Shown: positions 37,722 to 50,136, counted from the stretch's first letter. The stretch is DNA of 64,000 bases from Steroidobacterales bacterium (GCA_038210215.1 JBBQWY010000010.1:16464-80463), one strand, 5' to 3'. The notes: generated from the sequence alone by a model not told the origin. Program-made: numbers and translations.

Positions 37722-38045
37722 CTAGCGCTCCAGCAGTTTCAGTTTGTCCGGCTTGCCTTCCCACTCCTTGGCATCGGCCGGAACGTCGCCGACTTCCGTG
37801 ATCACAGGCCAGTTCTTCGCAAGCTCGGCGTTCAGCTGCGTGAAATGCTCCTGGCCCGCAGGAAGTTCTTCTTCGGAATAGATCGCCTCGACCGGGCATT
37901 CGGGTTCGCACAGCGTGCAGTCGATACACTCGTCCGGGTCAATGACCAGGAAATTCGGTCCCTCATGGAAGCAGTCGACCGGGCAGACCTCGACGCAGTC
38001 CTGATACTTGCACTTGATACAGTTTTCGGTGACGACAAACGTCAT
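37722..38045 (-). CDS. fdxA: 7Fe ferredoxin (3Fe-4S + 4Fe-4S), FdxA type
   Basis: [51 protein letters not shown] is the classical Azotobacter-type ferredoxin I pattern. Confidence 0.95.
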   Translation of the reverse strand: MTFVVTENCIKCKYQDCVEVCPVDCFHEGPNFLVIDPDECIDCTLCEPECPVEAIYSEEELPAGQEHFTQLNAELAKNWPVITEVGDVPADAKEWEGKPDKLKLLER

Positions 38046-38093
38046 GGCAGTCCCTTTATTCGCTGACCCGATATCTTGCCACGGACCTGCGTT

Positions 38094-38636
38094 TCAGCGA
38101 AGCCGCCGGTCAAACTGCGCGAAGTAGTGCCCATCACGGCCCGCGCTGCGGTCTTCGAAATAGCGCTGCAAGGCAAACTCCGTACTCGGAAACGCGATAT
38201 CGGCCCAGGGAATCTGCTGCTCGGTGACCAGCCGCGTCTCAAGGCTTTCGACACCGACACCGAATTCGGGCGTTGCGAGCCGCGCGCGAAAGAACACATG
38301 CACCTGATCGGCGTGGATCACATGCACGACGGCCAACAGCGAGCCGATCTCGACCCGGGCGAGCGCTTCTTCCCAGCACTCGCGGGCCGCCGCCTGCTGC
38401 AGTGTTTCGCCATTCTCCATGAAGCCCGCCGGGATCGTCCAGTAGCCGAGCCGCGGCTCGATCGCGCGCGTGCACAGCAGCAGGCGGCCGTCGTCCGCCT
38501 CCGGCACGCAACCGACGACCAGCTTGGGGTTGCGGTAGTGAATGGCGCCGCAGGCGCCACAGACATGGCGCGGCAGCTGGTCCCCGTCTGGAATCCTGAA
38601 GGCGACCTCGGCGCCGCATTCGCTGCAGAATTTCAT
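38094..38636 (-). CDS. NUDIX hydrolase with N-terminal zinc-ribbon
   Basis: ATG 38636 gives MKFCSECGAEV...CGACG (a zinc ribbon). The Nudix box is GFMENGETLQQAAARECWEEALA. The longer ORF start (38693) would run into the tRNA gene. Confidence 0.8.
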   Translation of the reverse strand: MKFCSECGAEVAFRIPDGDQLPRHVCGACGAIHYRNPKLVVGCVPEADDGRLLLCTRAIEPRLGYWTIPAGFMENGETLQQAAARECWEEALARVEIGSLLAVVHVIHADQVHVFFRARLATPEFGVGVESLETRLVTEQQIPWADIAFPSTEFALQRYFEDRSAGRDGHYFAQFDRRLR

Positions 38637-38665
38637 CTCGACACGGGATCCGTCGTCATGAGGCT

Positions 38666-38752
38666 TGGTGCCGGGAGAGGGAATCGAACCCACACTCTGT
38701 CGCCAGAACCGGATTTTGAGTCCGGCGCGTCTACCAGTTCCGCCATCCCGGC
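38666..38752 (-). tRNA. tRNA-Leu (anticodon CAA)
   Basis: The reverse complement reads GCCGGGATGGCGGAACTGGTAGACGCGCCGGACTCAAAATCCGGTTCTGGCGACAGAGTGTGGGTTCGATTCCCTCTCCCGGCACCA. It has a 7-bp acceptor stem, a CCGGA/TCCGG anticodon stem with loop CUCAAAA, a long variable arm (TCTG-GCGA-CAGA), a TTCGATT T-loop and an encoded CCA. Confidence 0.92.
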
Positions 38753-38799
38753 AAGGGGGCGGCAGTATATGCGACCTTTTGCCGCTATGCTTCGCGCCG

Positions 38800-40955
<2,156 letters not shown>

Positions 40956-40984
40956 TTCGCGCCCTTTTTCCGTGGGGTGGATTC

Positions 40985-41317
40985 ATGGACGGACTGATTC
41001 CCGAAGCTTATGCGCAGGCAGCCGGTGGCGCTGCCGGCGGCAGCCAGCTGGCGCCGCTGTTGATGATGGTACTGTTCATCGTGATCTTCTACTTCCTGCT
41101 GATTCGTCCGCAGCAGAAGAAGGCCAAGGAACACCAGGCGATGATCTCCAAGCTCGCGACCGGCGACGAGGTGGTCACCGGCGGTGGCTTGCTCGGCAAG
41201 GTCGTCGAGGTCGGTGATCAGTTTGCAACCGTCGAGGTTGCCGACGGTGTGCGGATCAAGATCCAGAAATTCCAGATCACCTCGCTGATGCCGAAGGGCA
41301 CGCTGAAGTCTGCGTAG
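40985..41317 (+). CDS. yajC: Preprotein translocase subunit YajC
   Basis: ATG 40985 is the start. The product has a single TM and the FYFLLIRPQQKKAKEHQAM motif. Confidence 0.9.
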   Translation: MDGLIPEAYAQAAGGAAGGSQLAPLLMMVLFIVIFYFLLIRPQQKKAKEHQAMISKLATGDEVVTGGGLLGKVVEVGDQFATVEVADGVRIKIQKFQITSLMPKGTLKSA

Positions 41318-41326
41318 AAGACCCCG

Positions 41327-43198
41327 ATGCTCGAATTCGCTCGCTGGAAATACATCCTGGTCGCCGTCGTGCTGTTGCTGGCGCTGGTGTTCGCATTGCC
41401 GAACGTGTTTGGCGAGGATGCGGCACTGCAGGTCGCGCGCAAAGACCGATCGGCGATCGAAGCCACTGGCCAGAAGAGCGTCGAGGAGCTGCTGAAGTCC
41501 CGTGGCGTCAGTTTTCTGGCCAGCTACCTGGACGAGGGTCGGCTGATGATCCGCTTCGCTGACGTCCCCGAGCAGCTGAAGGGCCGCGATGCTGTCAACG
41601 AGGCCTTCGTCGGCCAGTACGTGACTGCGCTGTCGTTCGCGCCACGGACTCCGGCCTTGTTGCGTAATCTTGGCCTGCGGCCGATGCCGCTCGGGCTCGA
41701 CCTGCGCGGTGGCCTGTACCTGCTCTACCAGGTCAACGTCGATGGTGCGGTCGATCAGCTGGTCGAGGTCTACGAGCAGGATTTCCGGCGCGTGCTGGCG
41801 CAGGACAAGCTCAACGTGTCCGATGTCCTGCCGCTGACGGGCGAGGGCAGCTCACGACCCAACGGCATCCGCGTGCTGGTTCCTGAGGGCACCGACAGCG
41901 GGGTGGTCGAAGATGCGATGAAGCGCATCCTGCCCGACCTGTCCTACTCCGATCGGCGTCTCGATACCGGGCGGGCCGTCGATGCGATCCTGACGCCAGC
42001 GCTGATCAAGGAGCGGCAGGACTACGCGATCCAGCAGAACCTGACGACACTGCGCAATCGCGTCAACGAACTCGGCGTGTCGGAGCCGATCGTGCAGCGC
42101 CAGGGTGTCGATCGGATCGCGGTGCAGCTTCCAGGCGTGCAGAACTCGGCCGAGGTCAAGGACATCCTCGGCAAGGTCGCGACCCTCGAGTTCCGGCTCG
42201 TTGATGTCCAGAACAGCGTCGCCGAGGCCGTGCAGCGCGGGCGCGCGCCGCTCGGCTCCAAGCTCTACCGGGACCGCAGCGGTGGGCCGGTGCTGCTGAA
42301 GCGCGACATCATCGTTACCGGCGACCAGCTGATCGATGCAACCACGGCCGCAACCCAGGACGGGCCCGGTGTGTCGGTGAAGCTCGATGCGCTGGGCGGC
42401 GAGGAAATGCTGCGCACCACACGCGCCAACCTCAAGCGGCCGATGGCGGTGGTGTTCATCGAGCAGCGGCGCGAGGAAATCGAGGTCGCGGGCGAGAAAG
42501 TCACCCGCGACGTGCGCGATGAGCAGGTCATCAACGTCGCGACGATCCAGGGCGTGTTCAGCAACAGCTTCCAGATCACCGGTCTCGGCCAGAACGAGGC
42601 GCGGGAGCTGTCGCTGCTGCTGCGCGCCGGTGCACTCGCGGCGCCGATTTTCGTCGTGGAGGAACGCGCCGTCGGTCCCTCGCTTGGCAAGGACAACATT
42701 CAGCAGGGCGTTCGCGCGCTGCTGATCGGCATGGTGCTGCTGTTCACGTTCATGCTGATCTACTACCGGCTGTTCGGTCTGGTCGCCAACATCGTGCTGC
42801 TGACCAACGTCGTGCTGCTGGCGGCGCTGCTGACCGGGCTGAAGACGGCGCTATCGCTGCCGGGTATCGCAGGCATCATCCTGACGGTCGGCATGGCGGT
42901 GGACGCGAATGTGCTGATCTACGAGCGGATTCGCGAAGAATTGCGCAATGGCGTCTCGCCGCAAACGGCCATCGCCAAGGGCTTTGATCGCGCGTTCTCG
43001 GCAATCGCGGACTCGAATATCACCACGCTGATCGCCGGCGTCGTGCTGTGGATTTTCGGCACTGGCGCGATACGCGGTTTTGCCGTCGTGTTGTCGCTCG
43101 GCATCATCACGTCGATGTTCACGGCGCTGCTCGGCGCGCGCGCGCTGCTGACGCTGATCTATGGCGGCACACGCAAGCCCGCGACGCTTGCCATCTAG
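41327..43198 (+). CDS. secD: Protein translocase subunit SecD
   Basis: The protein is 623 aa with the LGLDLRGG motif, a large periplasmic domain and C-terminal six-TM SecD/F repeats. Confidence 0.95.
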   Translation: MLEFARWKYILVAVVLLLALVFALPNVFGEDAALQVARKDRSAIEATGQKSVEELLKSRGVSFLASYLDEGRLMIRFADVPEQLKGRDAVNEAFVGQYVTALSFAPRTPALLRNLGLRPMPLGLDLRGGLYLLYQVNVDGAVDQLVEVYEQDFRRVLAQDKLNVSDVLPLTGEGSSRPNGIRVLVPEGTDSGVVEDAMKRILPDLSYSDRRLDTGRAVDAILTPALIKERQDYAIQQNLTTLRNRVNELGVSEPIVQRQGVDRIAVQLPGVQNSAEVKDILGKVATLEFRLVDVQNSVAEAVQRGRAPLGSKLYRDRSGGPVLLKRDIIVTGDQLIDATTAATQDGPGVSVKLDALGGEEMLRTTRANLKRPMAVVFIEQRREEIEVAGEKVTRDVRDEQVINVATIQGVFSNSFQITGLGQNEARELSLLLRAGALAAPIFVVEERAVGPSLGKDNIQQGVRALLIGMVLLFTFMLIYYRLFGLVANIVLLTNVVLLAALLTGLKTALSLPGIAGIILTVGMAVDANVLIYERIREELRNGVSPQTAIAKGFDRAFSAIADSNITTLIAGVVLWIFGTGAIRGFAVVLSLGIITSMFTALLGARALLTLIYGGTRKPATLAI

Positions 43199-43220
43199 AC
43201 TGCGGATCGCTGAGGTATCC

Positions 43221-44156
43221 ATGGAGTTTTTCAAGAAGACCACGCACTTGCGCTTCATGGAGAAGCGCAAGGTCTGGTACGTGGTCTCGGCGCTGCTGTT
43301 TGTTGCTTCGCTCGGTTCACTGGCGACCCGGGGTCTCAACCTCGGCGTCGATTTCACGGGTGGCGTGACCATCGAGGCTGCCTTCACCCGTGAAGCGCCG
43401 ATCGACGCGCTGCGGGCGGGGCTTGCGGCGGCCGGGTTCGTCGAGCCACTGGTGCAGAACTTCGGCACCTCGCGCGATGTCGCGATCCGTCTGCCGCCTC
43501 CCAAAGGCCAGACCAGTGATCAGGTGCGGGCCGGTGTCGAACGCGTACTGCGGTCGATCGATGAGGGCGTCGAAGTTCGACGGGTCGAGATCGTCGGGCC
43601 CCAGGTCGGGCAGGAGCTGCGGACCAGCGCCTGGCAGTCCCTGCTCGCGACGATCATCCTGATCTTCATTTACGTGCTGGTTCGTTTTCACACAATCAAG
43701 CTCTCGAGCGGTGCGATCATTGCGGCGCTGCACGACCCCGTCATCGTGCTGGGATTCTTCTCATGGACGGGGCTGACGTTCGACCTGTCCGTCATGGCCG
43801 CGATCCTGGCCGTGATCGGTTACTCGTTGAACGACACTGTGGTGGTCTACGATCGAATCCGCGAGCGCTTCGAAACCAGCAAACGCAGCTCGCCGATCGA
43901 GGTGCTGAATCTCTCTGTCAACCAGACGCTGTCGCGCACGATCATGACGAGCTCCACGACGCTGATCGTCGTGACGGTGCTGCTGCTGATTGGCGGGCCG
44001 GTGCTGCAGGGTTTCTCGATCGCGCTGATCGTCGGTATTCTGGTCGGCACGTACTCGTCGATCTATGTCTCGGCGGCGGTGGCCCTCGACATGGGTCTGA
44101 AGGCCGAAGACCTGTTCCCGACGTCGAAGAAAATGGCGATCGACAACATGCCCTGA
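43221..44156 (+). CDS. secF: Protein translocase subunit SecF
   Basis: ATG 43221 gives MEFFKKTTHLRFMEKRKVWYVVS. The LGVDFTGG motif and six-TM C-terminal region are present. Confidence 0.95.
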   Translation: MEFFKKTTHLRFMEKRKVWYVVSALLFVASLGSLATRGLNLGVDFTGGVTIEAAFTREAPIDALRAGLAAAGFVEPLVQNFGTSRDVAIRLPPPKGQTSDQVRAGVERVLRSIDEGVEVRRVEIVGPQVGQELRTSAWQSLLATIILIFIYVLVRFHTIKLSSGAIIAALHDPVIVLGFFSWTGLTFDLSVMAAILAVIGYSLNDTVVVYDRIRERFETSKRSSPIEVLNLSVNQTLSRTIMTSSTTLIVVTVLLLIGGPVLQGFSIALIVGILVGTYSSIYVSAAVALDMGLKAEDLFPTSKKMAIDNMP

Positions 44157-44171
44157 TCCGGGAGCGTTCCG

Positions 44172-45632
44172 ATGGACTGGCGAGTCAAACCGCTCGACGA
44201 CATCCTCGCCAATGCCGAAGCACGCTCGCTGCGCCGCACGCTGGGGCCCTTCCAGCTGATGATGTTCGGAGTCGGCGCGATCGTCGGCACTGGCATTTTC
44301 GTCCTGACTGCAGTGGGCGCCGAACGCGCTGGCCCCGGGCTGATGCTGTCGTTCGTGATCGCCGGTGCGGTGTGCGCGTTCTGCGCGCTCGCCTATGCCG
44401 AGCTTGCGTCGATGGTGCCGGTTGCGGGCAGCGCCTACACCTATTCGTATGCGGTCATGGGTGAGCTGATTGCGTGGATCATCGGCTGGAACCTGATCCT
44501 CGAGTACGCGGTGGCGGCCGCGGCGGTCGCAGTCGGCTGGTCCGGCTACATGACCGGACTGCTCGAGTCCTGGGGCGTGCTGATTCCGCAGGTTTTCACG
44601 GCCGGTTACTTTGATCTGAAGGCCGGCGCGTTCGGTGCCGGTACCGGCGTGGTAAATCTGTTTGCGGGCGGCATCGTGATTCTCGTCTGCGCACTGCTGA
44701 TCCGGGGCACGCGCGAGAGCGCGCGGGTCAATACGGTGCTCGTGCTGCTCAAGCTCGTCGCGCTCGCGGTGTTCATTGCCATCACCGTACCAAACATCGA
44801 GTGGAGCAACTTCAAGCCTTTCATGCCCTACGGCTTTCTGTCCCGCGACGTGTTCGACCCGACCCTGAATGCCGAGGTCGCCAAGGGCGTGATGGCAGCC
44901 GCAGCGCTGATCTTTTTCGCGTACATCGGCTTCGACGCGGTCTCCACGGCGGCGGAGGAGACGATCAATCCAGCGCGCAACGTGCCAATCGGCCTGATCG
45001 GCTCGCTGGCCCTCTGCACCGTCATCTATCTGCTCGTCGCAGCCGGCGCTGTCGGCTCGATGCCGACCGAAGAGCTGCGTTTTTCGTCGGAGCCGCTGGC
45101 CGAGGTGCTGCGCAATCTAGGGTTCGCGCGGATCGGTGATCTGCTCGGCATCGTCGCCGTGCTGGCACTGCCAACCGTAATCCTGATGTGCATCTATGGC
45201 CAGGTGCGGGTATTTTTTGCGATGAGCCGCGATCGCCTGCTGCCGAGCGGGCTGTCTGCCGTGCATCCGAAGTACTCGACGCCCGCCATCATGACCGTCC
45301 TGACCGGTGCGCTGGTGATGCTGGTCGCGGGTTTCTTTTCGGTCGACGAAATTGCGGAGCTGTCGAATACCGGCACGCTGCTGGCCTTCATCGCGGTGTC
45401 GGTCGGCGTGCTGATCCTGCGGGTCAAACAGCCGGAGCGCCGCAGGGGCTTTCGTTGCCCGGCGGTCTGGGTCATCGCACCGGTCGCGATTATCGGCTGT
45501 CTTTCGCTGCTGATCTCGGTTCCCGGCAAATCTCTGCTACGGTTCCTGATATGGAATCTGATCGGAGTCGCCGTGTACTACCTCTACAGCTACCGGCGTA
45601 GCCCCCTGGCTCCGGCCCATGTCATCCGCTGA
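44172..45632 (+). CDS. Amino acid permease (APC superfamily, cationic amino acid transporter-like)
   Basis: The multi-TM product carries MMFGVGAIVGTGIFVLTAVGAERAGPGLMLSFVIAGAVCAFCALAYAELASMVPVAGSAYTYSY, which is typical of APC/CAT permeases. Confidence 0.9.
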   Translation: MDWRVKPLDDILANAEARSLRRTLGPFQLMMFGVGAIVGTGIFVLTAVGAERAGPGLMLSFVIAGAVCAFCALAYAELASMVPVAGSAYTYSYAVMGELIAWIIGWNLILEYAVAAAAVAVGWSGYMTGLLESWGVLIPQVFTAGYFDLKAGAFGAGTGVVNLFAGGIVILVCALLIRGTRESARVNTVLVLLKLVALAVFIAITVPNIEWSNFKPFMPYGFLSRDVFDPTLNAEVAKGVMAAAALIFFAYIGFDAVSTAAEETINPARNVPIGLIGSLALCTVIYLLVAAGAVGSMPTEELRFSSEPLAEVLRNLGFARIGDLLGIVAVLALPTVILMCIYGQVRVFFAMSRDRLLPSGLSAVHPKYSTPAIMTVLTGALVMLVAGFFSVDEIAELSNTGTLLAFIAVSVGVLILRVKQPERRRGFRCPAVWVIAPVAIIGCLSLLISVPGKSLLRFLIWNLIGVAVYYLYSYRRSPLAPAHVIR

Positions 45633-46959
45633 TACCCGGCTCGCCAACCGCATCCTGATCGGTCTCGCCGTCGGGGTCGTGGCCGGCGCGATCACGCTGA
45701 TCATTGGCACTGCAGCGCCGCCGGTGCTCGAGGGTGCGCAGTGGTTGTCGACGGCGCTGTTTGATCCGCTGGGTCAGGTGTTCCTGCGGCTGTTGTTCTT
45801 TGTCGTGATCCCGCTGGTGTTCGCGTCCCTGGCCGCAGGCGTCGCGCAGCTTGGGCAGTTGTCGGCGCTGGGGCCGCTGGCGGCGCGGACTTTCACGCTG
45901 TTCTTCGTCAACATGGCGATTGCCGTCGGCCTCGGGCTGCTGATGATGAACATCGTGCAGCCCGGCGCGGCCATTGATGCCGAAACCAAAACCTCTCTGG
46001 TCGAGCAGTACGGCGGCGTTGCACGCCAGCACATCGACCGCCAGGCCTCGCAACCCGACATGTCCTTGCAGACGATTGTCGACATGTTCATGCCGCGGAA
46101 CCTGTTCGGCGCGTTTGTCGGCAATGACCGCAACGTGCTGGGCGAGGTGCTGCCGCTGATCCTGTTCTCGATTCTGGTCGGGGCTGCGGCGATGCGGCTG
46201 CCCGGTGCGCGACGTCTGCAGCTGCAGTCGGCGCTCGACCTGACCACTGAACTGATGACCGGCATCGTGCGCTTCGCGCTGAAGCTCGCGCCCTATGCGG
46301 TGCCCGCGATGATCTTCAGTGTCATCGTCAAGGTGGGCTGGGACATCCTGATCGCGCTGGCGGTGTTCGTGGTCAGTTGCCTCGCCGTGATGCTGTTGCA
46401 CCTGTTTGGCACGATGTCGCTGTGGTTGCGCCTGCTGTCGAGTCGCGCACCGATCGAATTCTGGAAGCAGGTACGACCGGTGCTGGTGACGGCATTTTCG
46501 ACCAGCTCCAGTGCGGCGACGCTGCCGACTTCACTGGCCATTGCGCGCGACTCGCTCAAGCTCCAGCCCTCCACGTCCGGGTTCGTGCTACCGCTGGGCA
46601 CCACGCTCAACATGGCCGGCACCGGTCTCTACGAGGGCTGCGTGGTGCTGTTCATCGCGCAGATCTTCGGCATCGAACTCGGGCTGCTGCAGCAGCTGAC
46701 GCTGCTGCTGCTGGCAGTGCTGGGAGCGGTGGCGGTGGCGGCGATCCCGGGTGGCTCGCTGCCGATCATTGCCGGCTTGCTGATCACCTTTGGGATTCCT
46801 GCCGAGGGAATCGGCATCGTGATCGGCGTCGATCGGATTCTCGACATGACGCGGACCATGGTCAACGTCGGTGCGGATCTCGTGACGGCCGCAATCGTGG
46901 ACGAGCATGGCGCAAAGCGCCCGGCTCGAGCCACCGCAGGCGACGCGCCGCCGGCCTGA
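45619..46959 (+). CDS. Dicarboxylate/amino acid:cation symporter (DAACS family)
   Basis: DAACS signatures are FSTSSSAATLP and GIPAEGIGIVIGVDRILDMTRTMVNVGADL. The gene overlaps the upstream permease gene by 14 nt. Confidence 0.9.
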   Translation: MSSADTRLANRILIGLAVGVVAGAITLIIGTAAPPVLEGAQWLSTALFDPLGQVFLRLLFFVVIPLVFASLAAGVAQLGQLSALGPLAARTFTLFFVNMAIAVGLGLLMMNIVQPGAAIDAETKTSLVEQYGGVARQHIDRQASQPDMSLQTIVDMFMPRNLFGAFVGNDRNVLGEVLPLILFSILVGAAAMRLPGARRLQLQSALDLTTELMTGIVRFALKLAPYAVPAMIFSVIVKVGWDILIALAVFVVSCLAVMLLHLFGTMSLWLRLLSSRAPIEFWKQVRPVLVTAFSTSSSAATLPTSLAIARDSLKLQPSTSGFVLPLGTTLNMAGTGLYEGCVVLFIAQIFGIELGLLQQLTLLLLAVLGAVAVAAIPGGSLPIIAGLLITFGIPAEGIGIVIGVDRILDMTRTMVNVGADLVTAAIVDEHGAKRPARATAGDAPPA

Positions 46960-46965
46960 TGAGCC

Positions 46966-47790
46966 TTACGGGGTGGCTTTCTCGCTGCTGGCAGCGCCGC
47001 GTAGCGCGCCGGGCACATGGGGGGCCAACAGCTCCAGCAACGCCGCATACACTTTGGGATTGCCGGCGATGATGTGCCCGCCCTGCGCGTAAGGGTTGCC
47101 CTCGAGATCGCCGATGCGACCGCCGGCTTCGTCGACCAGCAGGGTGCCGGCCGCCGTGTCCCAGGGGTTCAGACCGATTTCCCAGAAACCATCGGTACGT
47201 CCCGCGGCGACATAAGCCAGATCCAGCGCGGCCGCGCCTGGGCGGCGGACGCCCGCTGCGGACTGCATGACCGCCTTCAGCATCGCCATGTAATGATCCA
47301 GATAGGCGATGTTGTCCCGATGCGGAAAGCCCGTGCTGACCAGCGCACCTTCCAGCGTCTTCTGCTTGCTGACCCGAATGCGACGGTTCTCGAGATGCGC
47401 GCCGGCGCCGCGAGTGGCGGTGAAGATCTCCTGCCGCATCGGGTCGAAAACAACCGCGTGCTCAAGCCGGCCACGCAGCTCGCAGGCGATAGACACGCAA
47501 AATGTCGGGAAGCCGTGCAGGAAATTGGTCGTGCCATCGAGCGGATCGATGATCCAGCGAACCGCGCTGTTGCCGCTGGCGCCACTTTCCTCGGCCAGGA
47601 ACGCGTGATCCGGGTGCGATTTACGAATCAGCGCGATGATCTCCTGCTCTGCATTCCGATCGACGTCGCTGACGAAGTCGTTGCGCCCCTTGGTGGAGAC
47701 GTCCAGAGAGTCCAGCCGCCCGAGACTGCGCAGGATCACATCGCCGGCCCGGCGCGCGGCACGGACCGCGATGTTCAATAGGGGTTGCAT
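46966..47790 (-). CDS. suhB: Inositol monophosphatase family protein SuhB
   Basis: ATG 47790 gives MQPLLNIAVRAARRAG. Motifs are FLAEESG, WIIDPLDGTTNF and WDTAAG. The 521-aa ORF in the track is an upstream read-through. Confidence 0.9.
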   Translation of the reverse strand: MQPLLNIAVRAARRAGDVILRSLGRLDSLDVSTKGRNDFVSDVDRNAEQEIIALIRKSHPDHAFLAEESGASGNSAVRWIIDPLDGTTNFLHGFPTFCVSIACELRGRLEHAVVFDPMRQEIFTATRGAGAHLENRRIRVSKQKTLEGALVSTGFPHRDNIAYLDHYMAMLKAVMQSAAGVRRPGAAALDLAYVAAGRTDGFWEIGLNPWDTAAGTLLVDEAGGRIGDLEGNPYAQGGHIIAGNPKVYAALLELLAPHVPGALRGAASSEKATP

Positions 47791-47811
47791 GAGCGGCGGT
47801 AGAATATCACG

Positions 47812-48546
47812 GTGACTTCGCCTGACATCCGCGTCGTGCTCGTTGATCCCTCCCACCCCGGTAACGTCGGTGCGGTGGCGCGCGCGATGAAAAACATGGA
47901 TCTGACCCGCCTCGTGCTGGTCCGGCCGCGGGAGTTTCCGCATCCCGAGGCCACCGCTCGCGCATCGGGCGCCGACGATGTGCTCGAGACAGCACGCATC
48001 GTGGCAAGCCTCGAGGAGGCGATAGGTGACTGCGGACTGGTGCTCGCGACGACCTCCAGGGAGCGTGTCCAGAACTTCCGGGTACTCGAAGTGCGTGCAG
48101 CTGCCCAGCGGGCCCGCGAGGCCTCCGCGCACGGCGCCGTGGCACTGGTGTTTGGTGCCGAGCGCAGCGGCCTGACGAACGAAGATCTGCAGCTTGCGAA
48201 TGCGATCGTCACGATCCCTGCGAGCAGCGTTTATGCCTCGCTGAACCTCGCCATGGCCGTGCAGATCGTCGCCTACGAAGTGTTTCGCGCTGACGGCGTC
48301 GAGCTGCGCCGCGCGCCAGCTGAAGCGCCGCCGGCCACGGCCGAGGAGATGCGCATGCTTTATGAGCACCTGCAGCAGGTGTTGATCGAAATCAACTTCC
48401 GCGATCGTACCGCCAGCGGGCGCCACCTGATGAATCGGCTGCGGCGGCTTTTCCAGCGGGCGGAGCCGGATCGTAACGAGGTCAATATCTTGCGCGGCAT
48501 CCTGACGGCCGTACAGTCGAGGCGTCGCCATGCCGGGTCCCGCTGA
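47812..48546 (+). CDS. trmJ: tRNA (cytidine/uridine-2'-O)-methyltransferase TrmJ (SPOUT class)
   Basis: The start is GTG 47812. RVVLVDPSHPGNVGAVARAMKNMDL and ALVFGAERSGLTNEDL match the SpoU/TrmJ group. The gene is divergent from suhB, as in E. coli. Confidence 0.85.
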   Translation: MTSPDIRVVLVDPSHPGNVGAVARAMKNMDLTRLVLVRPREFPHPEATARASGADDVLETARIVASLEEAIGDCGLVLATTSRERVQNFRVLEVRAAAQRAREASAHGAVALVFGAERSGLTNEDLQLANAIVTIPASSVYASLNLAMAVQIVAYEVFRADGVELRRAPAEAPPATAEEMRMLYEHLQQVLIEINFRDRTASGRHLMNRLRRLFQRAEPDRNEVNILRGILTAVQSRRRHAGSR

Positions 48547-49699
48547 GGCGCCGATCTACCTCGACTACGCCGCGACGACACCGGTCGATTCACAAGTGGC
48601 TGCGGCGATGTCCGAGTGCCTGACCTGGGAGGGAGCGTTCGCGAACCCAGGCTCCGGGACGCACGCCTACGGTCTCGAGGCAGCGCAGCGCGTTACCGCG
48701 GCGCGCGAGTCGGTTGCGGCGCTGATTGGCGCCGCGCCGCGTGACATTGTCTTTACGTCCGGCGCCACCGAGTCGAACAACCTCGCGCTGCTCGGCGCGA
48801 TGCGTGCCGTCTCAGACCGCGGCCGTCATCTCGTGACCGCACTGACCGAGCACCGCGCTGTGATCGACCCGTGCCGGGCGCTCGAGCGCGAGGGCTGCGA
48901 GGTCACCTGGCTGTCGCCGGCTGCGGATGGGCAGGTGACGCCCGACCAGGTCATCGCGGCGCTGCGCCCGGATACGCGGCTGGTCTCGCTGATGCGGGTC
49001 AACAACGAACTCGGCGTGATCCAGGATATCGCGACGATCGCTGCCGCCTGTCGCGCACGCGGCGTGCGCGTCCATTGCGACGCGGCGCAGGCGGCTGGCA
49101 AGGTCGACTGCGACATGACGGCGCTGGGCGTCGATTTTCTCGCCTTCACGGCTCACAAGATCTATGGCCCCAAGGGCATCGGTGCGTTGTATGTCGCGCC
49201 AGGCGCGCGCGGTGCACTGTTGCCCCTTATGTACGGCGGTGGCCAGGAGCGCGGACTGCGGCCGGGTACGCTGGCGACGCATCAGATCGTTGGCTTTGGG
49301 GCCGCCGCGGCGCTCGTCGGGCGCGACCGTGCGGCCGAGTTTGCCCGTCTCGCCGGATTGCGGGCGCGGCTGCTCGCGCAGCTCGCCGATCTCGACGGCA
49401 TGACGCTGAACGGCCAGCCAGACGGTTATCCCGGCATCATCAACCTGAGTTTTGACGGCGTGGAAGGCGAGAGCCTCGTGACCGGGCTCTCAGAGCTTGC
49501 CTTGTCGACCGGCTCCGCCTGCAGTTCGGCCCATGGCGAGCCGTCCTACGTGCTGCGTGCGCTCGGTGTCTCAACGCTGCGCGCCGAGAGCTCATTGCGG
49601 ATCTCGCTGGGTCGGGGCACGACCCCAGCCGATATCGACCGCGCGGCGAACGCATTGCACCGCGAATTGCAGCGGCTGCGGGCTGCATTGCCGCAATGA
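48530..49699 (+). CDS. iscS: Cysteine desulfurase, IscS/NifS-like (class V aminotransferase)
   Basis: PIYLDYAATTPVD lies near the N-terminus. The PLP Lys is in FTAHKIYGPKGIGALY and the catalytic Cys loop is LSTGSACSSAHGEPSYVLRALG. The protein is 389 aa and appears to end earlier than E. coli IscS. Confidence 0.85.
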   Translation: MPGPAEAPIYLDYAATTPVDSQVAAAMSECLTWEGAFANPGSGTHAYGLEAAQRVTAARESVAALIGAAPRDIVFTSGATESNNLALLGAMRAVSDRGRHLVTALTEHRAVIDPCRALEREGCEVTWLSPAADGQVTPDQVIAALRPDTRLVSLMRVNNELGVIQDIATIAAACRARGVRVHCDAAQAAGKVDCDMTALGVDFLAFTAHKIYGPKGIGALYVAPGARGALLPLMYGGGQERGLRPGTLATHQIVGFGAAAALVGRDRAAEFARLAGLRARLLAQLADLDGMTLNGQPDGYPGIINLSFDGVEGESLVTGLSELALSTGSACSSAHGEPSYVLRALGVSTLRAESSLRISLGRGTTPADIDRAANALHRELQRLRAALPQ

Positions 49700-50127
49700 C
49701 CCCGAGCACTGCCGGACCGCGATTGCCCGCCGCGCCACCGAGGCTCTCGCCACTGACCGAGCACTACTTCCGGACTTTGCCCTGCTGTGGCAGCTGGCCC
49801 GCCGGCACGGCCAGGCTTTGCTCCGGTCGAGCCGGTTCGACCGAAAGTGGCACTCTGGTGCAGTTCTCTCTGCTCTGCGATGCGGATGGAGGGGTTCTCG
49901 AGGCGCGCTTCCGGGCCTTTGGATGCCCGCATGTGCTGGCGGTCTGCGCCTGGCTTGCCGAGCAACTGCCGGGCCGCAGCCTGGCCGCGCTGATCTCCGA
50001 GCGGCCATCGGTCTGGGCGGCGCAATTCACTGTGCCTGCGGAAAAACTGGGCCGGCTGCTCGTGATCGAGGACGCACTTCTGGATTGTGCGGCTTCAGGT
50101 CTACACAGGGCGCACAAAAAACCGTAA
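49696..50127 (+). CDS. Degenerate IscU/NifU-N-like protein
   Basis: The ATG overlaps the iscS stop (ATGA). ARFRAFGCPHVLAVCAWLAEQLPGRSL aligns by eye with IscU ARFKTYGCGSAIASSSLVTEWVKGKSL. The positions of the first and third ligand Cys are not Cys. Confidence 0.6.
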   Translation: MTPSTAGPRLPAAPPRLSPLTEHYFRTLPCCGSWPAGTARLCSGRAGSTESGTLVQFSLLCDADGGVLEARFRAFGCPHVLAVCAWLAEQLPGRSLAALISERPSVWAAQFTVPAEKLGRLLVIEDALLDCAASGLHRAHKKP

Positions 50128-50136
50128 ACTCCTTGC

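Noticed and set aside
38666-38752. tRNA-Leu(CAA) as a possible integration hotspot or tRNA pseudogene (one U-U mismatch in the T-stem).
   Set aside because: Both flanks are core genes (NUDIX hydrolase, queA), with no integrase and no duplicated tRNA 3' end. A single 50-64 mismatch is tolerated in functional tRNAs, and every other stem is intact.
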